DNA of 64,000 nt from Desulfobacterales bacterium (lineage in GTDB: Bacteria > Desulfobacterota > Desulfobacteria > Desulfobacterales > ETH-SRB1). This document shows positions 53,965 through 63,445 of this stretch, one piece after another. Positions within the stretch are counted from its first letter, which is position 1. Every line of letters begins with the position of its first letter. The translations under genes were made by a program, and so were the position numbers. The stretch is taken from contig JAUWQO010000003.1 of assembly GCA_030610995.1 (NCBI GenBank), forward strand, positions 732 through 64,731, written 5' to 3'. The notes below the pieces were generated by a model that worked only from the letters and a program-made list of their open reading frames with translations, ran no database searches and had not been told where the DNA came from.

Positions 53965-54253
53965 AGATCACAGCCTCAAAGTCTTACATATAAATGACGG
54001 CCTACTCTCCCCGACAACATAAGCAGCTATCTTTTCGCGTTCAATCGCTTAATTTTATCCTTCACCCCAGCAACTTAATAAAAAGCACCCCCATCAACAT
54101 GATCAAAGCCCCCAGTATTAAAAAAGCGGCGATAAGTGCAAAATCGCTTTCTCAAAAATGAAAACTACTAAAAAGTTGGCTTGTAAGCAAGCTAAAGCAT
54201 ATTTAGCGCTAAAATTTTACAAGATTATTATTTGATATATATCCAAATAAAGC

Positions 54254-54283
54254 TTGACAAATATGGTATTATGCTATAGCATA
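54254..54283 (+). promoter_or_regulatory. hsdM promoter candidate with overlapping 14-bp perfect palindrome
   Basis: TTGACA (54254-54259), 17-nt spacer, TAGCAT. The palindrome TATGCTATAGCATA lies at 54270-54283. The track ORF start at 54254 is this -35 box. Confidence 0.4.
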
Positions 54284-54307
54284 TATAATATAATTACGGA
54301 GGAAGTC

Positions 54308-56131
54308 ATGTTGGAAATCAGAGATATCAGCAAGGTTGTTAAGGAAATCAGACGCAGATTGAACATGAGCCAGGAAGAGCTTGCCGCAAAACTTGGGGTT
54401 TCATTTGCAACAGTAAACCGCTGGGAAAACGAAAGAATTAAACCACGCGGCAAGGCAAGAAAAGCTATCTTTGCCTTAATTGAAGAGATTGGACTTAAGC
54501 AGGATGATCTGGAAAATTCTAAAGACAGCGCCGGCCTTATAAAGAAACGCCGCAGAAAAATATCTAAAAACGATGTTCTCGGCACTAAATCCATGGAGCA
54601 GATGCTCTGGAGCGCCGCATGTTCCATCCGTGGCGAAAAGGATGCTCCTAAATTTAAGGATTATATTTTACCTCTTTTATTTATAAAAAGGCTTTCAGAT
54701 GTATTCGAGGATGAAGTGAAATGGCTTTCCGAAACATACGGTAACAGGGAGACAGCGCTTTCAATTATCGACGCTGATAATACACTTGTAAGATTTTTTA
54801 TACCGCCCGAGGCGCGCTGGCCGGTTGTCAGCGGGCGGGAGCAGTTTGACTGGCCCGAGGACCGCATGCCCAAAACCCTTGGAGAGCAGCTTACTTCAAC
54901 AGTAAGGGCAATTGTTAAAAAGAACCCTGATCTTGGAGGTGTGATTGATATTGTTGACTATAATGAGACCCGAAACAATGAGCGAGAGATCAGTGATGCA
55001 GCTCTTTCCGGTGTCATTGAAGCGCTTTCCGATCCACGCTACAGAATCGGTCTTTATGATGTTGAGCCTGATTTTCTTGGCAGAGCATATGAATATCTTT
55101 TAAGAAAATTTGCGGAAGGCCAGGGACAGAGTGCGGGAGAGTTTTTTACACCCGCTGAAGTCGGGTGGCTAATGGCATATATTATGAGGCCCGGGCAGGG
55201 TGAAGAGGTTTATGACTATGCGTGCGGATCAGCAGGGCTTCTCATAAAGTGCGAGCTTGCCCTCCAGGAGCGTGAAATCAAAGTGCAGCGGCCCCTGAAG
55301 CTTCACGGACAGGAGCTTACTGGTTCCAGCTATGCCATAGCAAGAATGAATATGGTAATTCATGACATGACAGGGGAAATTTTGCGCGGAAACTCCATGG
55401 TTAATCCGAAATTCAGGGAATCGGATTCCAGCCTGAAAAAGTTTGATATTGTTGTTGCAAATCCCATGTGGAATCAGCCGTTTGCCACAACTGTTTATGA
55501 AAATGACCCATTTGACCGTTTTGAATCACAGGGCGGAGTCACAACCAGCAAGGGGGACTGGGCGTGGCTACAGCATACAGTTGCATCGCTTAATCAGACA
55601 GGACGCGCGGCGGTTGTCATAGACACAGGAGCTGTTACGCGCGGCAGCGGAAGCAGAACAGAAGATAAGGAAAAGAAAATACGCAAATGGTTTGTGGATA
55701 ATGACCTGATTGAAGGGGTTATTCTTCTTCCTGACAACCTTTTTTATAATACAACGGCAGCAGGAATAATCATTGTATTCAATAAAAACAAACAGCCTGC
55801 AAAAAAAGGAAAGATTGTGCTTGTTAATGCAAGCCAGGAGTTCAAAAAAGGGAAACCAAAAAATTATATACCGGATAAAAGCATACGGAAGATTGCGGGT
55901 GCATTTATAAAAGGCGACGATGTAGAGCGGTTTGTAAAGGTTATTAAGGTAAGAGAAGCAAAAAAGAATGATTACAACCTTTCGCCGTCAAGATATGTGG
56001 ATACAAGCGAAAAAGTAACTTATTGTGAAATTCCAGAGTTGTTGAAAGAACTAAAAGTGTTTGAAAAGCAAGAGGTTAAAATAAATACAGAGCTGAAAGA
56101 TGTGTTTTCTAAACTTGGATATAATTATTAA
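54308..56131 (+). CDS. hsdM: Type I R-M methyltransferase subunit HsdM with N-terminal XRE-type HTH
   Basis: Start at MLEIRDI (ATG 54308, GGAGGA upstream). HTH segment [23 protein letters not shown], HsdM_N region ([10 protein letters not shown]...[11 protein letters not shown]), AdoMet motif [10 protein letters not shown] and catalytic VANPMWN. Confidence 0.9.
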   Translation: MLEIRDISKVVKEIRRRLNMSQEELAAKLGVSFATVNRWENERIKPRGKARKAIFALIEEIGLKQDDLENSKDSAGLIKKRRRKISKNDVLGTKSMEQMLWSAACSIRGEKDAPKFKDYILPLLFIKRLSDVFEDEVKWLSETYGNRETALSIIDADNTLVRFFIPPEARWPVVSGREQFDWPEDRMPKTLGEQLTSTVRAIVKKNPDLGGVIDIVDYNETRNNEREISDAALSGVIEALSDPRYRIGLYDVEPDFLGRAYEYLLRKFAEGQGQSAGEFFTPAEVGWLMAYIMRPGQGEEVYDYACGSAGLLIKCELALQEREIKVQRPLKLHGQELTGSSYAIARMNMVIHDMTGEILRGNSMVNPKFRESDSSLKKFDIVVANPMWNQPFATTVYENDPFDRFESQGGVTTSKGDWAWLQHTVASLNQTGRAAVVIDTGAVTRGSGSRTEDKEKKIRKWFVDNDLIEGVILLPDNLFYNTTAAGIIIVFNKNKQPAKKGKIVLVNASQEFKKGKPKNYIPDKSIRKIAGAFIKGDDVERFVKVIKVREAKKNDYNLSPSRYVDTSEKVTYCEIPELLKELKVFEKQEVKINTELKDVFSKLGYNY

Positions 56132-56152
56132 AAGTAACTTAGTGGCAATAAA

Positions 56153-57352
56153 ATGAAAAATTGCTCATCAGATTGGAAAAATAAAGTATTCCCAAATTGT
56201 ATCGTACCAGTTAGATTTGAGCGATCAAAGCAAATAAAGACCAATTCTTATTTGCCGAACGGTGATTTCCCAATTATCGATCAAGGGCGGACTAAAATAG
56301 CGGGTTGGACCAATGATAAATCAGCAGTGATAAAGGACAACATTCCACTCATTATTTTTGGTGACCACACACGTGTCTTTAAATATATAAATTCCCCTTT
56401 TGCGATTGGTGCAGATGGTACAAAATTAATCAAACCAGATGAAGATGAATTTTGCTCAAGATATTTCTATTATTATCTAATAAACCTAAATTTGCCCAGT
56501 AAAGGATATAGCCGCCACTATAACTTATTGAAGGAAAGCGAAATTTCGTATCCTGAAATTCCTGAACAGGAAAAAATCGCAGCAATCCTTTTTAAAATCC
56601 AGCAGGCAATTGAAGTGCAGGAATCCATTATCGAAGCAGCGCAGGAATTGAAAAAATCAACCGTGCAGCATGTTTTTACCTATGGCTTGCGGAGGGAGAA
56701 GACAAAGGAAACGGAGATTGGGAGGGTGCCGGAGAGTTGGGAGATATGTTCTTTAGGGGCGTTAGCGTTGATTATTATGGGACAGTCACCAAAAGGGGAT
56801 TATTATAATAAAGAAGGTGAAGGTCTACCTTTGTTAAATGGACCAGCAGAATTTACAAGAAAATATCCAAGGCCTGTACAATGGACCATGAAATCTACAA
56901 AAGTTGCAAAAAAAGGTGATGTCCTTTTCTGTGTCCGTGGAAACACTGTAGCAAGAATGAATATTGCTGATCAGGATTATTGCATAGGAAGAGGAGTTGC
57001 AGCTATCAGGGGTAAAGAACCTCAATCAATAACGGAGTTTGTTTTCTATTTAATCGAACACAATTCTCAAAAAATATACTCCTATGCCACTGCTGGGGGT
57101 TCAACTTTTCCAAATTTTTCAAAGACAGACTTTGATATGTTTCATGTAACTAAGCCATCTGTATCTGAACAACGAGAAATTGCTGATATACTAATTTCTA
57201 TAGACGAAAAAATCGAACTTCACACATCAAAAAGAACCACCCTGCAAGACATGTTGAAAACCATGCTGAACAAACTCATGTCAGGAGAAATAAGAGTTAA
57301 AGACGCTGATATTGATACTTCATGTGTACTGGAAATGAAAAATAGAGGATAA
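56153..57352 (+). CDS. hsdS: Type I R-M specificity subunit HsdS
   Basis: Two target-recognition halves, each followed by a conserved helical spacer (YPEIPEQEKIAAILFKIQQAIE and KPSVSEQREIADILISIDEKIE). Confidence 0.85.
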   Translation: MKNCSSDWKNKVFPNCIVPVRFERSKQIKTNSYLPNGDFPIIDQGRTKIAGWTNDKSAVIKDNIPLIIFGDHTRVFKYINSPFAIGADGTKLIKPDEDEFCSRYFYYYLINLNLPSKGYSRHYNLLKESEISYPEIPEQEKIAAILFKIQQAIEVQESIIEAAQELKKSTVQHVFTYGLRREKTKETEIGRVPESWEICSLGALALIIMGQSPKGDYYNKEGEGLPLLNGPAEFTRKYPRPVQWTMKSTKVAKKGDVLFCVRGNTVARMNIADQDYCIGRGVAAIRGKEPQSITEFVFYLIEHNSQKIYSYATAGGSTFPNFSKTDFDMFHVTKPSVSEQREIADILISIDEKIELHTSKRTTLQDMLKTMLNKLMSGEIRVKDADIDTSCVLEMKNRG

Positions 57353-57355
57353 TAT

Positions 57356-58240
57356 ATGGAACATTTGCCAGATATAAAACAATTACAGGATTCATTAAAA
57401 GGAAAAGTTGATAGACTTTCATACTTTGACCAGGGAGGCTTTAAAGCGGTTTACAAAGGATATGTTCATGAAAGGCCTGAAGCAATCAAAGTGGTATATA
57501 TTCCGGCTGATATTAATGAAGAAGACCGTATCGAATTAATTGGTCGAGTAAAAAGAGAGATAGAGGCTCTGGATAAATGTAAATCTCCCGAGTTCGTACG
57601 GCTTGGATCATTACCACCAGAATCAATAAATATTAATAGAATTGATTATATCATCTATAGTGAAGAATTTCTTGATGGTGAAAATTTACGCTCAAAACTT
57701 AAAGAAAATTATAAACCAGATTTGCCCGAATTAGTTCAATTAACAAAGACTTTATTAAAAGCGATAAAACTGCTCAAAGAAAACGACCTCATACACCGGG
57801 ATATCAAGCCTGACAATGCAATAAAACTGAAAAGCCCTGAAAGACCTTTTGTGATACTTGATCTTGGAATTGCTTTTAAAATACACGGTACAGCGCTAAC
57901 GAGGAATTCAATGTTCAGGCCAGGAACACTTCCCTATATGGCGCCTGAAATGTTTAATCCAAGATTTAGGGAAAACCTGGATTATCGCAGTGATATGTAT
58001 TCAGCCGGAGTTACAGTATATGAATATGCGTCCGGAGTACACCCCATAAGAAAAAGAGGTGAGGATGCTTACACAACCATGTACCGAATTCTAAAAACAC
58101 AAGCTCAGCCGTTATCAACTTTAAGGCCCGATTTGCCTCCGGATTTTTGTAAAATAATTGACCAGTTAATTAAAAAACTGCCTGCATTAAGACCAGCTTC
58201 AATCCAAATGCTTCTTAACAAAGTAAAGGAGTTGTCATGA
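57356..58240 (+). CDS. Minimal Hanks-type Ser/Thr protein kinase (kinase domain only)
   Basis: GGFKAVYKG, AIKVV (VAIK Lys), IHRDIKPDN (catalytic loop), LDLG (DFG-equivalent) and YMAPE. 294 aa with no accessory domain. Starts 4 nt after the hsdS stop. Confidence 0.85.
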   Translation: MEHLPDIKQLQDSLKGKVDRLSYFDQGGFKAVYKGYVHERPEAIKVVYIPADINEEDRIELIGRVKREIEALDKCKSPEFVRLGSLPPESININRIDYIIYSEEFLDGENLRSKLKENYKPDLPELVQLTKTLLKAIKLLKENDLIHRDIKPDNAIKLKSPERPFVILDLGIAFKIHGTALTRNSMFRPGTLPYMAPEMFNPRFRENLDYRSDMYSAGVTVYEYASGVHPIRKRGEDAYTTMYRILKTQAQPLSTLRPDLPPDFCKIIDQLIKKLPALRPASIQMLLNKVKELS

Positions 58241-59436
58241 AATTGTTTGCCCAGCATGGATATGGCCCAGGAGATAAAATAATTAATGGGTTTAAGGATG
58301 ACGCTATAGATGGCGTAATATTCAGCGCTCGTTATGAAAAGATAGAGAAAATACCAGGTGATGCTAAAGATATAAACTCGGTTTCCTCCCATGCCGAGAT
58401 CCTTTTAGATCCGGAATTTTATGCGTGTTTTTACGCCCATCAACCTGATGCAAAGCTTGGAGGATTAAATGAATGGCCTTATTTCTCTACACAACGCCGT
58501 AGTCAATTAGAATCCTCTGAAACAGTTGAAAAAATTTTAGCAGATACATTTGATACAGTCGTTGATCTACCGTTAACATCGATTATTGCTCCAAATATTT
58601 TTATACCAAGATCATTCAATTCCATTGAAGCAGTTATTGCCAAAAATTTTATTAGAAAAACTCAACAATTATTTAAGAAAACAGGCGATAAACGCAACGT
58701 ATTTGCAACATTGGCAATCGATCGTGATACTCTACTTGACCAAACTGAATTTGAGGCATTTTTAAATGATATAACCGTACTGGATAACCCGCCTGATGGT
58801 TTTTATATAATTGTTGGCGGTGGTATTACTGATGACCGAACAAAGATTTCACGTTCAGAGCTTATTCATGCGGATGTTATTGCGGGTTGGATGATGTTAA
58901 ATTTTACACTGTCAATTAATGGCTTTAAGGTTATTAATGGTTTTTCTGATATATTAACTCCATTCTTAGGATGTGCTGGAGGCTATGCCGGTGCAACAGG
59001 ATGGTGGTCAAATTTAAGAATGTTTTCAATGAGTCGTTATATTAACACTGTCAGCGGAGGGAGGTTGCCGACGATTCGATATTTAAGTAATGCATTATTA
59101 AATCGGATAACTCATGATGAGCGTAGAGCTTTCGTAAAAGTAATACCTGAAATCAATAATGGCCTGCCTCGTGATAGTGACTATGAGGGGGGGGAACCTG
59201 ATAGAAAAGTTGAGGTATTACAATCCTGGGAGGCAATTTCACATCTTAATAATGAAAATATCGTTTCAGACATGGACGAAAGTTTGCAGTTACTTGAAAA
59301 TATGGTGAATAGATCTGAAATAACCTATACAAATCTTGCCGGATATGGTCTGCCTGTTAACAGGGAAGCAAACAGGGAATATATGGAAGCTTTGATGGAA
59401 TCGATACAGGCTTTCAGGAAGAATGCAGAGATTTAG
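58237..59436 (+). CDS. Unrecognised 399-aa protein translationally coupled to the kinase
   Basis: ATGA start/stop overlap with the kinase gene. The alternating hydrophobic-strand/helix pattern suggests an alpha/beta (possibly barrel-like) fold. No motif I can name. Confidence 0.6.
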   Translation: MKLFAQHGYGPGDKIINGFKDDAIDGVIFSARYEKIEKIPGDAKDINSVSSHAEILLDPEFYACFYAHQPDAKLGGLNEWPYFSTQRRSQLESSETVEKILADTFDTVVDLPLTSIIAPNIFIPRSFNSIEAVIAKNFIRKTQQLFKKTGDKRNVFATLAIDRDTLLDQTEFEAFLNDITVLDNPPDGFYIIVGGGITDDRTKISRSELIHADVIAGWMMLNFTLSINGFKVINGFSDILTPFLGCAGGYAGATGWWSNLRMFSMSRYINTVSGGRLPTIRYLSNALLNRITHDERRAFVKVIPEINNGLPRDSDYEGGEPDRKVEVLQSWEAISHLNNENIVSDMDESLQLLENMVNRSEITYTNLAGYGLPVNREANREYMEALMESIQAFRKNAEI

Positions 59437-59998
59437 ATGCCTTGGCTATTAATTCTATAGCCAAGGGTTTATATTTTGGTTCCAACGGGTTTTGGGGACG
59501 CGGGGTATAGCAGGTGATAATTTTGTTGTTGTTTGGATTGAATGCCCATAGACCGACATTAATTTTTTTAAAAGTATCAATGTATTCAAAAGCATTTTTC
59601 AACTTGTCGGAATGGAGAACAACTATAGAAGAATTTGCAAAATATCTGTATCTATGGGCTTGCATCATTGCCCTGCGCCAGTCAGATATTTTAAGCTCAA
59701 AAGCTCTTATTACCGATGAATCAATTTTTGAAAGAAGGCTTTGTGAATTATCATTTGTTTTATTACAGTAAACAGCAACAAAGTCAGCTATGCCATAACC
59801 ATTTATCGGTATTTCTCGCGCATACTTAACAATAGTTTTTTTGGTTTTGGAATGTATAGATTTTAAATTTGGAATATATGCGCGGGCAAAACTTAAGGTG
59901 AAGTCACGTTCTTTGTTTTTTCGTGATATTTTGGCTGGCAGATTCTTACGAGGATTCCAGCAATTTGATTTTGGTATCTTTAACGATGATGATTTCAT
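59414..59998 (-). CDS. Hypothetical protein with PD-(D/E)xK-nuclease-like signature
   Basis: GIADFVAV ... IRAFELKISDW gives a D ... E-x-K arrangement at typical spacing. Basic N-terminus. The 3' end overlaps the convergent 399-aa gene by 23 nt. Confidence 0.35.
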   Translation of the reverse strand: MKSSSLKIPKSNCWNPRKNLPAKISRKNKERDFTLSFARAYIPNLKSIHSKTKKTIVKYAREIPINGYGIADFVAVYCNKTNDNSQSLLSKIDSSVIRAFELKISDWRRAMMQAHRYRYFANSSIVVLHSDKLKNAFEYIDTFKKINVGLWAFNPNNNKIITCYTPRPQNPLEPKYKPLAIELIAKASKSLHSS

Positions 59999-60081
59999 GT
60001 CAGGATTATGTATATGTGTAATCCTTTAATGTAAACAGCTTTTTTCAATAGCGTGTATTATTTTATTGGAAGGATAACGAA

Positions 60082-60540
60082 ATGCCAAAATATTACACTG
60101 TAAAAAAAAACAGGAGAACTTGAATTGCTGACTCAGGAGATTAATGATCTGCAAGTCAGGATTGATGAAAAGAAGTCTTTGCGGTCGGAACGCTGGGAAA
60201 CGGTTATGGAAAAACTGAAAATGGAAAAACTGATTTCGTGGATAAATGAGAATATTTACAAAGAACATGGGCTGATAACAGGATCTGTCGCCCATTATAA
60301 CATGGTAAGAATTCATCCGTTTGATGATGGTAACGGCAGGGGGGCTCGGCTGCTTATGAATCTGATTTTCATAAAAAAAAGTTGCCGCCTGCGGTTATCA
60401 GAAACGAAAGGCGCAGGCTTTATCTTGATACACTTGCCAAAGCGGATAAAGGTGATCTGGAACCTTTTGTGCGCTTTGTGGGAGAATCGCTTGTGAGTAC
60501 GCAGAAAAGAATTGTTAAAGAGATTATAAATGCCGGTTAA
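60082..60540 (+). pseudogene. Fic/DOC-domain gene interrupted by two homopolymer frameshifts
   Basis: Core motif HPFDDGNGRGARLLMNLIF (HPFxDGNGRxxR). The frame breaks at the A9 run 60102-60110 and the A8 run 60373-60380. The third frame segment reads KLPPAVIRNERRRLYLDTLAKADKGDLEPFVRFVGESLV...INAG*, with stop at 60538-60540, overlapping the hsdR ATG. Confidence 0.7.
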
Positions 60541-63445
60541 CCTTGGCACAGAAACAGCGACTGTTCAGGACCCTATTATTAGATATGCGGGGGAAATCAA
60601 GTGGAAGATTGTGTCCCGTGAAGATGCGCTTACTTTAAGAAAAGGTGAAAGCGGGACCCTGTTTTACCGCGTACTTGAAGACAGTCTGATTAAACTTAAC
60701 AAGGGGCTGGTTTCCCGGAAAAATGTTGGTGAAATAATCAGCGCTATTGAAGCTGTAAAGAATAATATCGAAGGGAATGCGGAAATTCTTTCCTGGATAC
60801 GCGGGGAAAAGAGCATTTTTGACGAAAAGGAAAAGCGCAGGCGCAATGTGACTGTGATCGACTTTGACAGACCTAACCGCAATACTTTCCAGGTTACTGA
60901 CGAATGGCAATATAATAATGGCAGGGAAAAGAATCGGGCTGATATCATGTTTCTGATAAACGGGATTCCGGTTGCCGTTGTAGAAACGAAAAGTGCAAGA
61001 ATAATCAACGGAATTGAAAAAGGGTTGATACAGATCAGGGAATATCACAGGGAAACTCCGGAAATGCTGACTGCCCCGCAGGTGTTTGACATCACGCACC
61101 TGATCGATTTTTATTACGGATCAACATGGAATCTTGACCGGAAAAATCTTTTTAACTGGAAAGATGAGGCAAAGGGAAATTTTGAAAAAAAGGTAAAGCA
61201 TTTTTTTGACCGAGAGCGGTTTTTGAAAATGCTTAAAGAGTGGATTCTGTTCTATATCAAGGATGACGAGCTTCACAAAACAATCCTGCGCCAGCACCAG
61301 ACAAGGGCAATTGAAAAGGTCGTTGAAAGATGCGCGGACAGTGAAAAAACGACCGGCCTTATATGGCATACGCAAGGATCGGGCAAGACTTTTACAATGA
61401 TTACCGCTGCTAGGCAGGTACTTGAAAACAAGGAAGTTTTTGGCAAGGCAACCGTAATTCTTATGATTGACAGAAACGAGCTTGAGGGTCAGCTTTCAGG
61501 CTGGGTTGACCGTATTTTAGGGGAACTGCGGACACTTGACATCAAAATTGAACAGGCATCAAGTAAAAGAAGACTACGCGAGCTTCTGGAATCTGATTTC
61601 AGGGGGCTTATAATCTCAATGATTCACAAGTTTGACAAGATACCGAAAAACATTTGCGAACGGGATAATGTTTTCGTTATGGCTGATGAAGCGCACCGGT
61701 CATTCGGGAGGGATCTCGGCAATTACCTTGTTGCCGCTTTGCCCGATGCCACAATGATAGGATTTACCGGCACACCCATTGATAAAACAGCTTACGGGAA
61801 AGGCACCTTCAAAATATTCGGAAAAGAGGACGACAAAGGTTACCTTGATAAATATTCAATCAAAGAATCCATAGAAGACAAGACAACCCTCCCGCTTAAT
61901 TACGCTCTGGCTTCAAATGATATGAGGGTCCCGGAGAAGGAACTTGAAAAGGAGTTTTTAAGCCTTGTTGAAGCAGAAGGCGTAAGCGAAATAGACGAGC
62001 TTAACAAAATTCTTGATAAGGCTGTAAATCTCAAGGCATTCCTGAAATCAAAGGATCGCATAGAAAAAGTTAGCAGGTTTGTTGCCGGACATTTTACCGA
62101 GAATGTCGAGCCTTTGGGATACAAAGCATTTCTGGTTGGTGTTGACCGCGAGGCATGCGCACTTTACAAGGAAGCTCTTGACAGACTTCTACCGCCTGAA
62201 TATTCCACGCCGGTTTATACTGCTGCGCAGCATGACAGTGAAAAATATCCGCTTGTTTACAAATACCAGATAAAGCCGGAGGATGAGAAAAAAGAGAGAA
62301 AGCTTTTCCCAAAGCCGGACACTCAGCCTAAAATATTTATTGTAACGGATAAATTGCTTACAGGATTTGACGCACCTGTTCTTTACTGCATGTATCTTGA
62401 TAAACCAATGCGTGATCACGTACTGCTTCAGGCCATAGCTCGTGTTAACCGGCCATATGAAGAAGACCGGGTAAAAAAATCATGCGGCCTTGTAGTGGAT
62501 TTTGTCGGAATGTTTGAAAACCTGGAAAAGGCATTATCGTTTGATTCCGATGTTGTCAGCGGTGTTATAAAAAATATTGATGTGCTTATGAAACGCTTTG
62601 CCAGACTTATGACAGGCAAAGCACAGAAATATCTTGAACTTGCTCGCGGCAGGATAGATGACAGGGCTGTTGAGGCGGCAATTGATGCATTTGCCGATCA
62701 GGAAAAAAGAGAAGAGTTTTACAGATTTTTCAAGGAACTGGAAATGCTTTATGAAATCCTGTCCCCGTCTCCTGATATGAGGAATTATGTTGAAGACTTT
62801 GGACAGCTTTCAGTTCTTTATCAGATTTTGCGCAACGCATTCAGAAAAAAGACGGTTCTGTATGGCGATGTGGCAAGAAAAACCGAACTTTTAGTTAGAG
62901 AAAGGGTTGAAACATACGGTCTGTCAAGAACTACATCAACAGTAAAAATAGATGAAAAAACCCTTGAGGCAATAAAGGACGGCAAATACTCAAAAACTTC
63001 AAAAGTGATAAATCTTTTGAAGAGCATCGGGGAAACCGTCAGCGATGACGGTGATGACAATCCGTATCTCAAACCGATTGGAGACAGGGCTGAGGCAATA
63101 CAGGATGCCTTTGATAACCGACAGATAACGACACAGGATGCTCTTGAAAAAATTGAAAAGCTTATTGATGAAATGGTCAAAGCGGGAAAAGAGCAGAAAA
63201 AAACCGGTTTTGACAAAAACACTTTCGCGGTTTACTGGACTTTGAAACAGGAGGGCATAAAAGGATCCCAAAAACATGCTCCTGTGATAAACAGTCTGTT
63301 TTTGCGGTTTCCAAATTATAAATATAATCCTGATGAACTCAGACAACTTAAGGCCGAGCTGTATAAGCTTGTGCTTTCATTTCTTGGCAAAGACAACATG
63401 GTATCTGTGGTTGATAAACTTCTGAAGTTGAACAGGGAGAAATGA
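60530..63445 (+). CDS. hsdR: Type I R-M restriction subunit HsdR
   Basis: N-terminal PD-(D/E)xK region (ADIMFLINGIPVAVVETKS), SF2 motifs (HTQGSGKT, MADEAHRS, GFTGTP, QAIARVNR) and a long C-terminal helical domain. Confidence 0.92.
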   Translation: MPVNLGTETATVQDPIIRYAGEIKWKIVSREDALTLRKGESGTLFYRVLEDSLIKLNKGLVSRKNVGEIISAIEAVKNNIEGNAEILSWIRGEKSIFDEKEKRRRNVTVIDFDRPNRNTFQVTDEWQYNNGREKNRADIMFLINGIPVAVVETKSARIINGIEKGLIQIREYHRETPEMLTAPQVFDITHLIDFYYGSTWNLDRKNLFNWKDEAKGNFEKKVKHFFDRERFLKMLKEWILFYIKDDELHKTILRQHQTRAIEKVVERCADSEKTTGLIWHTQGSGKTFTMITAARQVLENKEVFGKATVILMIDRNELEGQLSGWVDRILGELRTLDIKIEQASSKRRLRELLESDFRGLIISMIHKFDKIPKNICERDNVFVMADEAHRSFGRDLGNYLVAALPDATMIGFTGTPIDKTAYGKGTFKIFGKEDDKGYLDKYSIKESIEDKTTLPLNYALASNDMRVPEKELEKEFLSLVEAEGVSEIDELNKILDKAVNLKAFLKSKDRIEKVSRFVAGHFTENVEPLGYKAFLVGVDREACALYKEALDRLLPPEYSTPVYTAAQHDSEKYPLVYKYQIKPEDEKKERKLFPKPDTQPKIFIVTDKLLTGFDAPVLYCMYLDKPMRDHVLLQAIARVNRPYEEDRVKKSCGLVVDFVGMFENLEKALSFDSDVVSGVIKNIDVLMKRFARLMTGKAQKYLELARGRIDDRAVEAAIDAFADQEKREEFYRFFKELEMLYEILSPSPDMRNYVEDFGQLSVLYQILRNAFRKKTVLYGDVARKTELLVRERVETYGLSRTTSTVKIDEKTLEAIKDGKYSKTSKVINLLKSIGETVSDDGDDNPYLKPIGDRAEAIQDAFDNRQITTQDALEKIEKLIDEMVKAGKEQKKTGFDKNTFAVYWTLKQEGIKGSQKHAPVINSLFLRFPNYKYNPDELRQLKAELYKLVLSFLGKDNMVSVVDKLLKLNREK

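Noticed and set aside
54040-54170. Short hydrophobic minus-strand frame (..FALIAAFLILGALIMLMGVLFIKLLG*) between the WtpA-like gene and hsdM
   Set aside because: No plausible start codon or SD upstream of the hydrophobic stretch except internal ATGs, which give peptides of 13 aa or fewer. It cannot be supported.
60635-63346. Minus-strand ORFs inside hsdR (60635-61099, 62821-63222, 62999-63346 and others)
   Set aside because: Antisense shadows of hsdR. No start context or motifs.
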